A stretch of 62,125 nucleotides of DNA, counting the filler, from Nemertoderma westbladi (lineage: Eukaryota > Animalia > Xenacoelomorpha): the NCBI GenBank assembly GCA_032718475.1. It is 5 parts of 5 records of this genome, joined end to end, with 100 filler letters (N's around TTAATTAATTAA, not from the genome) between each part and the next. Parts side by side here need not be neighbours in the genome. Positions count along the whole stretch, not along the records: positions 57,272 to 62,125 come from JAUCBJ010002295.1; 4 more parts are not named here. The stretch is one strand, 5' to 3'. Below the pieces are notes generated by a model. The model worked only from the letters and a program-made list of their open reading frames with translations, was not told where the DNA came from and ran no database searches. This document shows, piece by piece, positions 61,097 through 62,125 of this stretch. A program made the position numbers and the translations under genes. Every line of letters starts with the position of its first letter. Positions within the stretch are counted from its first letter, which is position 1.

Positions 61097-62125
61097 TTGT
61101 GTCTACTGTTGACGGTGACACAGAACCATTTGAAGTGTTATGGGGCGTCCTCCAAGGAGACACACTTGCACCATTCTTGTTCATTATTGTGGTTGACTAT
61201 GTTCTACGCATGTCCTTAGATCATCATAATGATGATGGGGTGATGATAACTCCACCTACTGGCTCCAGAAGTCGAGGAAATCCTGCCAAGTACCTAACTG
61301 ATCTAGACTTTGCTGATGACTTAGGAGTACTCTCAGAATCATTAGAGGGAGCCCAACGGCTCCTCAGCTCATTAGAACATGCTGCTTCTAGTGTTGGTCT
61401 TTTTATTAACTCCAGAAAGACCAAAATTCTGACAGTTAACTTTGAAAGTCCCCAGCAAGTCTCTGATCGGATGAGCATAAGCTCAAAGGATGGTATGCTT
61501 GAGCATGTGGACGACTTCTGTTACCTGGGATCATGGATCCGGAAGTCAGGTGAGGACCTTCGAATACGTAAGGGAAAGGCATGGGCAGCCTTGAATAGGC
61601 TTTCCAGGATTTGGAAGTCACCTAGAATTAATCGGAAACTTAAGGTCCGATTATTTAGAGCAGCAGTAGTTCCAGTACTCCTCTACGGGAGTCCATGCTG
61701 GGCTCTAACTGCTGAGGACACCAAATCTCTGGATGGCACATTCACAAGAATGCTACGCCGGGTTCATTGTGTCAAGTACAATGCACACATCTCCAACCAT
61801 ACACTATATAACATTGGAGGTGTCTCATTGGTTCCCCCAAGCTTGACACTAGAACAAAATCGCCTCCGCTTTGCAGGACATTGCTTTCGCCGTGAGGACC
61901 AGCCAGTGCATAATCTTGTACTTTGGCAGCCTCATGGAGTGAATAAGCATGGTGGACAGCCCATGACTTTCTTGAGACGCATCTTAAAGGACACTGGCCT
62001 TAAAGATGCGGATGATCTAGCAAATGTCATGGGTGATAGGGAGTTGTGGCGGTGCAATTTTGTTGACAAGCCGGCACAGCATTCTTAAAAATGCAGCTGC
62101 AATGCAGCATGCCGATCCTAGTAGT
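61097..62125 (+). mobile_element. 5'-truncated RTE-like LINE (C-terminal half of the RT; ORF 61099-62088)
   Basis: GVLQGDTLAPFLF, DLDFADD, INSRKTK and YLGSW; TAG tail at the window end. Confidence 0.92.

Overview
AT-rich, repeat-dense eukaryotic DNA, probably from an invertebrate animal. It consists of five contigs joined by 100-bp N linkers that contain TTAATTAATTAA, so adjacency across 23104, 33066, 42943 and 57172 is artificial. Host genes are GMPPA, a TEX26-like exon, a rhodopsin-class peptide GPCR, CCDC22, IGHMBP2 and a partial ASNA1/GET3; several of them are strikingly intron-poor. Two mobile elements stand out for their cargo. (1) A complete 5.8-kb DNA transposon (47232-53037) has TAC..GTA ends, a 6-bp TSD and ~440-bp TIRs built from palindromic repeats (IS3EU-like). 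It encodes an intact DDE transposase and a convergent HECT E3 ubiquitin ligase that retains its catalytic Cys. A non-autonomous relative with the same 11-bp ends lies at 14008-15951. (2) The 3' half of a BEL/Pao LTR retrotransposon carries, between the integrase and the 3' LTR, ~4.2 kb of extra coding sequence with a DEDDy-like 3'-5' exonuclease and Zn knuckles, bracketed by two similar PPT-TGTA sites. Also present are a head-to-tail triplicated Helentron-type (HINE-like) element, RTE, CR1/L2 and CRE LINE fragments, tRNA-derived SINEs, MITEs and several satellites. All calls come from motif recognition by eye; no searches were run.
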